This document shows positions 9,408-21,200 of a stretch of DNA of 55,251 nucleotides, piece after piece. The stretch is from a bacterium (GTDB taxonomy: Bacteria; SZUA-182; DTGQ01; JAFGSM01). Position 1 is the first letter of the stretch, and the number at the start of each line of letters is the position of its first letter. Below the pieces are notes generated by a model. It did no database searches, had not been told where the DNA came from, and saw only the letters and a program-made list of their open reading frames with translations. The position numbers and the translations under genes are program-made. The stretch is taken from positions 1 to 55,251 of the forward strand of contig JBLIRO010000033.1 in the NCBI GenBank assembly GCA_049472335.1, given 5' to 3'.

Positions 9408-10226
9408 ATGAAAACTGAAATAAGACATATATTAAGTCTCTCGGGCGGCAAAGACAGCGCTGCCCTCGCTATTTATATGAGAGATAAAGTGCCTGAAATG
9501 GAGTATATTTTCCATGATACAGGAAAGGAATTACCCGAAACATATGGATTTTTGGCCCGTCTAGAAGCCATTTTAGGGAAGAGAATACAAATAACAACAC
9601 CTGATGTGAGCTTCGACCATTGGCTTGCTGTTTTCGGGGGAATGATACCGTCCAAACAAAGGAGATGGTGCACCAAGTATTTAAAGCTCAAGCCTTTCGA
9701 AAAGTTTGTTGGGAATGATAACGTAGTCAATTATATTGGTATCCGAGCTGATGAGGAACGCGCCGGTTATATAAGCCATAAGTCTAATATCACCCCTTCA
9801 TATCCTTTCCGGGAAAATGGTCTGGTTCTGAAAGATATAATCAACATATTAAATAATTCAGGACTTGGGCTGCCTACTTTTACGAAATGGGGGCGGACAC
9901 GTTCAGGATGTTACTTCTGTTTTTTTCAGCAAAAAATTGAATGGGTACGTCTTAAAGAAACATATCCCGATCTTTTTGAAAAAGCAAAAAAATATGAGTA
10001 CGCAAACCAGCTTAACGGCAATCCTTTTTATTGGAACGGAAATGAACCATTAGAAGAATTAGAAAAGCCAAAAAGAATGGAAGAAATAAAAATCAACTGG
10101 GAACGAGCAAAGGAAAGAGAGAATAGATACAACAAAAGCAATAGATTAATAGACATTTTAGGCGAACAAAGAAATAAAGAAATTATCGCTTATGAAAGAG
10201 AAGGCTTCCTCATCTGTCAAACATGA
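9408..10226 (+). CDS. sspD: PAPS-reductase family protein, SspD-like
   Basis: PP-loop SGGKDS, DTGKELPE, RWCTKYLK, GIRADE, RSGCYFCFFQ. ATG at 9408 is preferred over TTG at 9393. Confidence 0.85.
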   Translation: MKTEIRHILSLSGGKDSAALAIYMRDKVPEMEYIFHDTGKELPETYGFLARLEAILGKRIQITTPDVSFDHWLAVFGGMIPSKQRRWCTKYLKLKPFEKFVGNDNVVNYIGIRADEERAGYISHKSNITPSYPFRENGLVLKDIINILNNSGLGLPTFTKWGRTRSGCYFCFFQQKIEWVRLKETYPDLFEKAKKYEYANQLNGNPFYWNGNEPLEELEKPKRMEEIKINWERAKERENRYNKSNRLIDILGEQRNKEIIAYEREGFLICQT

Positions 10227-10434
10227 ATACTTAATTCCAATTTTAGTGGTAACCACAAACCAATTCTTATAAAAAGCATAATTTTCATAATTGGGTCTGG
10301 AATATAATTCAGTTCAACACCGGCATCCATGAAAATATCAAGCCCCATGCTCCGTCAACGTCCTAGCGGGATCGTCGTCATGACAGTCCTCCAGTACTCA
10401 CGTGAGTCCTCCATGTGGGAGCATCGCCTGAATT

Positions 10435-11205
10435 TTATGGATTGGTAGGGAACAATCCATTTGTTATACTGGAAATAAGTTCACTCCTATTATTGTATCG
10501 TTTATAATCTTTGGACATCTCAAACAAAGAGTCAGAAGGTTTGTTAAAATTTATATTCTCAAAACAAACGGTTATAAGAGCTTTTTTAGTTCGTAATACA
10601 TAATTATATTCTGACTCGTATTTAATCTTAATAGGAAAATCCTTTAAATCAATCGCCTCCCATGAGATGATTTCCTTAGGCTTTCTATTAGATGTTGAAA
10701 TTACTATCTTATATTTATTACAGGGATGTTTATTGATAGTTTCTTTGTCTATTTTGATCTTACTAATAGAGAATTCTTTTTCATCTTGTTTATCTTTATC
10801 ACATATAACCCCATAATAACTTTTTAATTTTGGATATATAACAAAAATATTTTTATTTTGTAATATAAAAACTGTCCAAATAAGGTCGGTGCCGGATTGT
10901 TTAAACATATCTGAACAACCTGGCGACATTTGTGTTATATCAAAAACACTTCGAATTTTCCCTTCTAAAACATCATAGTATATCTCAAGGGGTTTACTGT
11001 CTTTACTATCTTCTTCTATTATATTTACAATGGCTTTGGCAGAGAATGAAAGATTATTTCCATATATTTCTATTAATTGAAAACAAGGATCTTTTGGGCC
11101 ATCAGCTCCTTCAAAGATTGATTGTGCAAAGGAAATTGAAATATAACCATAAGAAATCATAAGAATCAAAACAATATTCAAGATTAAACGCTTATTTTTG
11201 ATCAT
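10435..11205 (-). CDS. Secreted DUF4412/LolA-like beta-sheet protein
   Basis: Signal peptide ending SFA-Q. KETINKHPCNKYKI, WEAIDLKDFPIKI and FENINFNKPSDSLFE resemble DUF4412-type proteins. Confidence 0.55.
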   Translation of the reverse strand: MIKNKRLILNIVLILMISYGYISISFAQSIFEGADGPKDPCFQLIEIYGNNLSFSAKAIVNIIEEDSKDSKPLEIYYDVLEGKIRSVFDITQMSPGCSDMFKQSGTDLIWTVFILQNKNIFVIYPKLKSYYGVICDKDKQDEKEFSISKIKIDKETINKHPCNKYKIVISTSNRKPKEIISWEAIDLKDFPIKIKYESEYNYVLRTKKALITVCFENINFNKPSDSLFEMSKDYKRYNNRSELISSITNGLFPTNP

Positions 11206-11378
11206 AATTTTTCCCTTCCATTCTTTTCTAAATTAAATAGGGGCTTGCTATTTTAGTTCTTTTTACTATTATTATATAAAATAAAAATGACTAAATATTA
11301 ATAATACAATTTACAGCATATTGTTTGTTTAGAGATTAAAAGTGTATAATCAATTAGTCTTTCACTTCGTCTTCTTTT

Positions 11379-12082
11379 TCATCTTTTTTTATCTTGGAGC
11401 AATTTAATAACTTCTTGATATTTTGATTTTAAATGATTTTCTTGATTTGTTAATTTCTTATATGATTTCTCAATTTTGGATAAAAGAATATCATTGCTGG
11501 CTTTTGCACCATACTTAAGCAATATCAAAATTACATCAATTTGCTCATATATAACGGCATAATCTAGAGCAGTTCCATATATATTGCTTTTTGCATCTAT
11601 ATCTGCACCCAAATTAATTAATAGTTCAACGGCATTTGCCTTACCGTACTCCGCAGCAGAAATCAAAGGTGTTTCGTTATGATCATTTATAGCATTTATT
11701 TTAGCCCCATAATTTACAAACATTTTAATTGTTTCCAAATCACCTTTTTCCGCTGATACATGTAAAGGAGTTAAATGATGCCTTCCACCCTTTTTATTAA
11801 CATCTGCCCCATTTTTAATCAATAATTCAGCTATTTTATTTCTCTCATTTGATGCTGCAACAATTAAAGGAGTTATTGATTTACTACTTTTGTTCACTAA
11901 ATCTTTCTCATGGGAGATCATTTTTCTGACAGTATCTATTTTATTGTTTTTAATCGCTTTATATAATGGTACAGAAAAATAATAGCAATCATCAATTATT
12001 GAAGCAGTAAGGCTACAAATTGCTAAGGCAAAAAATAAAAAAAAACTGCTGAAATAAATTTCTCGGATTTACGAAATTCCAT
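11379..12082 (-). CDS. Ankyrin-repeat protein, probably exported and frameshifted near its 5' end. Candidate RHS immunity protein
   Basis: Ankyrin motifs TPLIVAA, TPLHVSA, TPLISAA, TALDYAV in ORF 11379-11921. The same frame continues upstream (PLYKAIKNNKIDTVRK and hydrophobic FFLFFALAICSLTA) without a start codon. ATG at 12082 joins it if the A9 run at 12037-12045 were A10. Confidence 0.75.
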
Positions 12083-12227
12083 ATTTTATGATATTTGATA
12101 GAGGTTTCTTACATATTTTTTAGCTGGTCGAACATTATTTATTGTCGCGTCTTGCCAGCCTCGCTATTTTAAGTCCATATTAAGTTAAAGTCACGATTTA
12201 CTCAATTTTTATTTTAAATAAGAATAT

Positions 12228-15200
12228 TTATTTCATTAATCTTGTTAAAAAACAGCACATACAAGTACCATATGAACCAAATGCTTCCTCAAACCTGATA
12301 ACACTAGTTATATAATTCCCAGTAATGAATTGTAAATCCCAGTACACATGAGCATAGCCAAATCCAGGGATTCCTATAATTCCATAAGTTCCGCCTATCC
12401 AATTGCCATTGATAAAATTCCCTTCTCTTAACCTGCTTTTGTATACACTAGCACTTTTATCAAAAAAAGCCAGTTGGTGTGAAGAAATTATTCCAGTAAA
12501 TGATCTAGCATCAGCAGCCCCTGGCCTAGGATTACCATAATAAATCGCATATTCAATTGCTAAACCTCCAGTTATAATTGCTCCTGTCTCCTTTTCATTT
12601 TCCAACTTTTTTTTATTTTCTTCAAGATATTTTTCAAATGATCGAGGCGTTTCGAAAGTAGTTAAAAGAGATTCATTTCCTTGAGCAGATTCAATAATGT
12701 CAAAAATGTCGGAGTCCTGCTTTAGGATTCCTGCTTTTATAGAATAAGCAGCTATCTCACAGGAGTCAGGAAAAAAGTATATGCCTGTTTCATAGCCAGC
12801 GCTGAATCCTTTGAACTTAAGATTTATAATTGCTTCACTAAGTTTGGAGTATCGACCTTCAGGTATTACTAATAAACCTCCCTCCGATATCCCAACTGCC
12901 TTTGGAATCTGCTCTCCTTTAATCTTTCGCCAGAAATCCTCAGATGTTTTACCAAGAATATCAATCTGGTTGATTGGATCATTAATAACAAAAGAATAAA
13001 TATGAATACCTCCTATTTCTCCAATTGGATCCTTGCTCAACCATCTTCCAATTTCCGGTGAATAATACCTATACCCATAGTATGTCAACTCAGTATCATC
13101 GTCATAATATTTATTACTGAATCTGAAGGGATTCTCATAAGTATTTTCGTTCTCATCCTTAATAATTTTTCCATAAGGATCATATTCATAACGAGCAGAT
13201 ATATCTCCATTGTTGGCATCTAAGAGCTGTCCAACATTTCCATTCACATCATACATAAAATAATAACTTGTTGGTGATGAAGGGTCCACGGAGGCAAGAA
13301 GTCCTCCGATGCCGCCGGCACCTTGTATGGACTGACTTAAGTCGAGGCCCCAGACATAGTACTTGGTTGTTTGATTTTCATTTTCGATGGTTATTTCTGA
13401 GATCATGTTCCAGCCATCATATATAAACAGAATTTCCGAGTCAACGGTCCACAGGCCGGAGTTCAGGATATATACCTTTTTTCTCACCCGACGGCCCATG
13501 TAATCGTATGTAAATTCCAGCTTTTTATCGCCATCTGCTGGGTATTGGGGTTCAACTGCAATAAGCCGGTTTTCGGCGTTATAGGTATATTTTATATTCT
13601 CTGAAGGATTTTCAACTGAGTTATTTATGATGCCCGTAAGGTTGCCGTCATCATCATATATAAAGCTGTTTATGCCATTAGCGGGAAGTGTCTGGTGGGT
13701 ATACTGGTTAAGTTCATTTGTAGTATAGCTTCCAGTTCCTTTTGCTATGGTGCTTTCCCTACGGTTTCCGATGGAGTCATATTTATATGCCCGATATTCA
13801 GATTTAACCGGATTATTGGTATCGGATATATCTGAACCCAGATAATGTGAGGATTCGATCAACTCATTTCGATCATTGTAACGATAAAGATTGAAGGCAT
13901 TGTTTACAGCGGAGAATGCCTGCCCGCTGTTTGCCGCAGAAATTCTTCGGCCCAAGGGATCGTATTCATAGTCGTACTGGGAGATAAGCAGGGTATTGAA
14001 TTTATTCTTAACCTGGGTACGAAGATCACGATGGGGTTTATATGAATAGGTTGTTTGCTGTTGGTTATCGGTGATCAGTTGATAGAGGAGGTCCGAGTCA
14101 GGGAGATAGAAATAAGTTGTTGTTCCAAGGGTTCCTCCTATATTCCACCCTACGGAAAAATGGTGGCCCATATCATCATACCCATAGGTTACCTCATAGT
14201 CTTTTTCTAGGGTAGGACTCGTTCCGCCAGTGTAATCTGTTCCAGGGGCATGATCGGTTCCAAGGGCGTGATCTGTACTAAGGGCACTATCAGTTCCGAG
14301 AGTAAAGCCGCTAGTGCGGCCTGGCACAACATTGATCTCATCCTTATTCTCACCATTAGTCTCAGCATTAGTTTCACTATTTCTTAAACCTTGAGTTTCG
14401 ATGTTAGCTTCACCATTAATCTCAACATTGGTTGCACCTTTAGGTTCGTTTTTAGCCTCATAGGTTCTGATGATCACTTTGTCATAAAGACCAGTGATGA
14501 TTTCAGACTCAAGCTGCAGGGTATTATTATAGGTAAAAATGCGGGTGCCAACGGCATCCGTAATGGTCTTTTGTCGTCCCAGACGGTCATAGGTAAAGGT
14601 GATATCCGGAGTCGAGTCGGAATAATCGATGCCAAGCAGCTCGCCGGTAACTGGGCTGTAAGAATAGGTTGTCACAAGCGGGTCGTTGCCGGAGGTTCTT
14701 GCCCATGTACGGGTGGCCAGCTTTCCGCCAAAGGTGTAAGTATAGGTGATGCTTTTTCCGGAGGCATCTTCCTTGGCGGTAAGGAGGCCTGTTGCTTCTT
14801 GATAATGCCAGCGGGTAACATCGCCTGTGCCGGCATCTGCAGGCCAGGTTTCTAAGCTCCAGTTGGTTCCATTGCGACAGGTATGCATCTGGCTCATCTG
14901 TCCATAGGAGTCATAAACGTACATTACAGGATAGACGGAATCTCCCCAGGTATGTGTGACCTGATCTCTGTTGTTGTAAGAGAAACGGGTCACCTTGTCA
15001 AGGGCGTTTATTTCGACTATCTTCTGCCCTGTATTAGGGTCGTATTCGTATCGGGTGCGGTTCCCCGCAGGGTCCTCCACATAGTCCACATGACCTTTGT
15101 CATTATAATGGGTGGTGGTTTTGCCTGTTCGCGGATCGGTTATTCCTGTCCTCCTGCCCAGGGCATCGTAGCCATAGGTGACATTTATTCCGGTTTTGCT

Positions 15201-18200
15201 TTTGGATGACATCAGAAGGCCGTTTACGTTTACTGAAACTTCACCGGTTATGGAATCAGGATGATTTGTGATACTCGTCTCGGTTTTGTTGTCCCTGTCT
15301 ATAAACACCTTTGTGACGGTTTGGTTGCCATGGATGTCTAAGTAAATGTTTTCTTCCGTATTTCCACCTGAACCCGGACCTGTTATCCTGGTTCTCTGGA
15401 TACCCGTGATTGTGGCATTGGCATCGAATTCCCTGGCATAAACACGCTGGATATTCTCTTCCCACCAGACCTCATTTATGAATATAAAACGGTTTTCATT
15501 TTCATTTATTCTGTCATTGGAGTCCATATCAAGGCTGCCATTGTAATTTATATCAAGGCCAGTCCTTATCCTAGCCCCTAGATCGTCGTATTCATAAATG
15601 ATGCCGGCTTGACCGCTTTTGGAGGTCTTTATCAACTGACCTATTGTATTGTAAAAATTTTCCTCTGTTTCAAGATTATCAAAGCCGGGCTTTTCAACCC
15701 TGATGGTTCTGCCCAGGATATCCGTTGTGGTCTTTTCCCATCTGGGGGAATTGATGCCGCCTGTATAGACCTTTGTCCACTGAGTGCCGTCCGGGTTGAT
15801 GCCGTATTCATAGTAAGTTGATATCACCCCTGTACCAGTGATGCTTTTTATACTACCATCCGGATAACTGGTTTTGATTTCGGTTGATCCACCGGGCCGG
15901 GTGACAGTGATGATGAGGCCTCCCAGGCCGTAACGATATGATGTGGTGAGTCCTTCTGTATCTGTGACATTGAGTAACCTTCCGGCTTTATCGTAAACGT
16001 TTCTTTTGATAAGGCTAAGGCCCTCTGCACTTATGGTTTCTGTAAGCTTCCGGCCCATTGCATCATAGGTATATGTGGTGTGGATATCGCTCTGGGCCGG
16101 CCAGGGCCCTGAGCTTATGCCCTCCTTTATTTGTGTTTCAAGCCGCTGCAGGTCATCATATATATAAATCCTGGTGATGCCCCTGGAGTCTGTGTCCGAT
16201 TCCCTTACACAGCAGCCCCATGTGTTTTCTGTATGCGTGCCGTCCGAATGGAATGTTTTTGTGACACGGCCGAATTCATCAAGATACTGTACAGTCCATT
16301 GTATGCGTTCATAACCGCTTCCATTGTATACGTAAACTTCACGCATCCGCTCTCTGCCGAATTCATCCTGTATGCTTGTTTCACTGGTGGTCTTGAAGGG
16401 TATTCCGTTGGGATGGTCTGCGGTGCCGTGCACTACTGTTTCAAGGATATCGCTCCCCTGGCCTTGAAAGAAGCCGCACAATGCCGGGTCTTCGTCAAGG
16501 ATGAATGTGCCGTATTCATAGATATAGGTATCAAGCCGTCCGTCAGGATAGAGTATGCTTTTGATGCTTCCTGATTCTGCAAGGTCCGTATCGGATGGAT
16601 AGTAGGTCGTTATCGTGCGTCGATTGGCCGGATCACCATAGGGTGCTGCTTGAGTTCTGCACTGCTCAATGATCTCTATCCGGTCGCCAATGGAATTGGC
16701 AAGATATGCATAATAGGTCTTGCCGGCTATGATCCCCTTGATCTTTTCGATAACTGTGCGGGGAGAGTTTACATATTCCGGCGCCCGGGCATCTTCCGGG
16801 TCCACAGGGGTATAGTCATAGTAAACGGTATGGACCTGATCTGCAGGGGCATCGACCGATGAATCCAGCCAGGGGCTTGCCTTCACGATTGTGCGGCCCT
16901 GTTCATCATATGCATACCTTATCCATGATCCGTCCGGATTTATCTGTAAATGAAGTCTTCCATAATTGCCGGGCAAGGACCGGTCATCATAGTAAGCCAT
17001 AGTGGTTTTCAGGGCAGCCCCTTCAGGGTCCTCGATCCTTTCAATCAACTCTTCCCCCCATGGGAACCTGTGATAGGTGGATTGAATAATGGATGCTATA
17101 TTACCGGATGCATCCTTAACCGTATGGGTGATGATCCGGTTACGGGTCCCGGCATCCAGCCTTACACCGCGGGTCTCGATCACAAGGCCGTTCCCTTTGT
17201 TCAAAGACCAGGCATCCTGATTTGGGTCCCACATGTATTCATAGGTCCTTGTGGTGTCACCTTTTGACTCTGTTATTTTCAGCCTGTTGGTGATATAGGG
17301 TGAGGCATCCGGGTTCTCGATATGCCAGGACACAAAAGGTCCGGTTGCGGTACCGGTATCATAGAACGTATTGCTCTTACCTGCAATTTGTTCAGGCCTA
17401 TAGAATCGGATATCGTAGCTGAACTCATCATTCACCTGGATGTCCACCAGGGTCTCAGGCGCCAGGATCTGGCTGATGGACCCATCTTCGTCATAAAGGA
17501 CCTCCATGGGCTCTTTGGAAACGGAAGAAAAGGTCAGACTGGATGGTGTGGCAAGGGCAGGCGAAGGGTATTCAGCCCTGAGGAAGATCTCCCCTGCCGG
17601 GTATCCACCTTTGGCCCTACCCAGGCTCAGACGCATATGGATACTTGAGAGCTCAATAAACGCTGCCCCGGGGATGTAACACTGGCCGGCAGCAGGACAC
17701 TCCGGGCAGCCGATTTGAACCATCTCCTTTTTATTGATATGGGGTGCTTCCTTGTCCATGGCGCAGATGGTAATATATCCGCTTTGCGAGTTGTCGGAAG
17801 CCCTTATTACACCAGTCAAAGGATCGATCTCCGCCTTTACGCCCTCATCCTTTTCTATAACGGACCATAACACAGACCTGCCTTCTGGCTCAGTTATGGC
17901 CCTTGCGGTTGGGCTTCCGCCAAAAGGCACAGGGACGTTATATCTGGCATCTTCTATATATATGGACCTGATCCTGACAACGGTTGGATTTAGCTGTATC
18001 TTATTACTCGTCATCCGGACCTTTGTCCCCACATTTAATATTATCCCTAACGCATACTCATATTCACCGGCAAGGTCAAACCGGAAACCTCTCGGGATGG
18101 CGGCCTTCCCCTCACCCCGGGTCTCTGTGGCAATATATGTAAAGGGCTGGCCTTCTTTCAGGATCACCAAGCTGGCTGTGCTTGCTATATATTCAGGTGG

Positions 18201-21200
18201 CATGATTTTATATGTTATGACTGTGTCTTCGATGGTGTATCCGTCCGGGTCAATAAGGGCAATCAATGCGGGTTCAGGTTCGGTTATTGCGGGCTCCATC
18301 TCTATGTCCACACCGAATACCCGGATCGTTTCTTCTTTGGCTGTTATTATCGTTTCACCCAGCGCGGCTGAGCCGCTAAGGGTAATTTCGTGCATCTTTG
18401 GCTCTCCACCAAGGGGATACATGACCGTGTATATTCCATTGCCTGCGGGCCCGGCCTGCAGGTCATCGAACATGACCTTTACGTTCTGCAGGTTGGCATC
18501 CAGGAGGTATTCCCTGGAGCCTATTATCTCACCGTCTTTTTCCGTCCCGCCCTCCATGATCATATACGCCTTTGCCGTCAGCGGTATGGATGTATTGATC
18601 TTGCCTGTATTCTGGATATTGCCGTATCTGTCCGTTAGATACTCAAAATAGAGTATCAGCCTGCTTTCAGGGGAAGAGTCCCCATCGCAGTTTCCAAAGG
18701 GATGTGTCTGCAGGTGGAATGTTGCGGTTAGGATGTTGTCATCGGATACCGGGCATGTCGTGCTTACGGGATATTCCGCGTCAGGCATATCTCCTAATAT
18801 GATGTGCACGGATGCGCCTTTGCTGCTTGTGATTTCCCTGACGGTATCCGTTGCGCTTTGACATTCTCCGTAAAGCGGAGCTACCTGGTTGCACGGATCA
18901 TCCTTTTTTATGAATAATGCCTGTCTGTACTCCTTATTGGGATTGCTGCATAACCCGGGTGTGGCGGGAAGGACCTTGAAGTCCACGGGAAGATTTGAGA
19001 CAGGATTGCCGTATTTGTCCTCCACTGAAACAGCTATAAATCCCGCAAAACTCAGGATGTTTCCCAGGTGCTCATCCCCGTGGATCTTTCTTATCAGGAA
19101 GGGTCCACCGGGGAAGCCGAAGGCTGTAAAGGGTGCTGCTATATGAACGCCAGAGGTAAGCGAGGCATCCACGATGTTCTCACCGACCTGCTGGCTGTAA
19201 GTATAGCCTGTTTCCCACCACGTGGTTGGGTTTGCTCCGGTCTTCTGCCCAAGGATCAGCTCGGCAGAGGCAATACCGGTTTTACCGGTTTTTACTGTAA
19301 TGCTTGACTGCCCGGGATTTGATCCGTCTCCCTGTTCCCTTAACATTCCCTCGCCTGCCCTTATATTGAAGGTTACCTCTGCGCCTTTTACAGGCCTTTT
19401 TTCTTTGTCCTGTACAATGACCTGTAGGGATCGGGACAGGGGTTCTCCCACTGTGCCCTTCTGAAGGTCCGTGGCCGGTATCTTTTGTATATATTGAGCG
19501 GACAGGGGATCAAAGCTGGGCAGCTCTGAAAAAGGATATCTGAGTTTATCGGCAAGGTTTTCGGGCCACCTGTCAGCTCCCCATGCGGACATGCCCCCGG
19601 CGATCATGCCGGAGAGCATCCAGCCCGATTCACCTGTATCATGGTCTTCCTTAATGTATCCGGTGCCTTCCCAGTCTTCATGGGTGATGGTCATTCCGGG
19701 GATACTTATTGTCAGGCCCTGGTTCACCGCATTGGTGATGTCCTCTTTGACGCAATCTGTTAAGGTTATGGTTGGGAGGATCACTTCAATGTTTGTATGG
19801 TCTATGGTTAGTATGGGGATCGCGTCCTCGTTTGTTAAACAGAAAAGCTTGGCCGTAGATATGCCTTCAACCTGGAAATCCTCCTCAAGCACCAGGTTTT
19901 CAAGGATGGAGCCCTGAAGGGAGGAAAGCTGCATGAAGGCCATGCGAAGGTCTGCTGCCTGAGTGTTGAATGATACTTCATAAGCCGTCTCAACAGCCTG
20001 ATCATCTGTATCGGGGCTTGTCCCGTGTTGAGCGGTTTGTAAATTTGTATCACCTGCATAAGCCGTTTCAACGGCCCTGAGGTCTGCATCCACGTATACA
20101 CCTTTCCACTCGATCCTGTGAGGTGTGTCAAGCAGGTAGGTTACATCGATGACACTGCCTGTTGTGACGATGGTCGGAACAGGGTGTGAAAGGTTTATGT
20201 GCAAAAGGGAGGAAAGCTCCTCTTCCGCCATGTTCCATCTGTTGATGTAGCTTAAGGCTTCTTCATATAAAAGCCTTTCGGCATCCTTTTCTTCGAAGGG
20301 GATGGCTTCGGGTGGTATTGCATTTTGGGACACAATGCCCATCACCGAGAGGTTTCCCATGATATGGGTGTTGATAAATTGCTCTGTGCCGTTTGGAGAT
20401 ATAAGCTCCACAGAGAGGGTGTAATCACGCCCCATGGGAAGGCCGTGTGTGCCCACGGCCAGACGCTCCCTGTCTATTGTGAGAACGGGCCTTAAGCGGA
20501 TAAGATAGGCAGGGGTGTTGCCCAGTCCCCCGTATGCGTTCATGATCTCCTGGTCTTCCACGGTCTCGGGCTCATATGTGAGGGCGATAGAGCGATTGGA
20601 GAGCCTGTATGCCTCAAGGGTGATGTCGAAAAAAGGAGATGTTTCCTCACCTGATGCCATGAACCTGACTTTGTGCATTAGCTCTTCAGGGATACGGGTA
20701 TATTCATGGGTGACGGCAATTTCCCTGAACTGCAGGCTCGCAGGCAGGATATCCATGGTCTCGGGGATAAGGGTCCTTTTGCTGAGAAGGTTGTCGTAGG
20801 CAATGCCCGGGTGATTTTGTAAAAGATGGGTTTGTATCCTTTCCTTCAGGTATTCAAGGGGAGTGGTTTCCCGAAAGGCGCTCAGGTAGTCTTTCCTTAT
20901 GGTTGACAGGGGAAAGGAATCAGGGACCTTTACCGGATTATTATGAGTATAACCTGATGCTTTGATGCTGGTGTCCAGAGCAATCCAGGTCTTTCCATGC
21001 TCGTCTATTATAGCACCACGATAGTTGTCATAGGGTACCAGGGTCTCTACCCAGGTGTGCTCTATATGGATATTGGTGATCCTTCCCCCTGTGATAATGG
21101 CTTGACAGGGGATGCCGGCCTTACTGAAAAACCTGGCCAGATCAAGCTCATCCCGGATGCCTGTGAGGTTTTTGGCCTTTTCCATATCGGGAAAAAACTC

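Noticed and set aside
549..10226. BREX type 4 (brxP/brxC) or Dnd interpretation of the first operon
   Set aside because: No pglZ, brxL or dndD/E is visible, and DUF4007 and PAPS reductase are separate genes flanking a large ATPase, which fits Ssp better.
17734..18651. 305-aa plus-strand ORF and the many other antisense/alternate-frame ORFs inside the giant, TPR, floA, nfeD and GH13 genes
   Set aside because: They are shadow ORFs of long moderately GC-rich or repetitive genes with no independent motifs.
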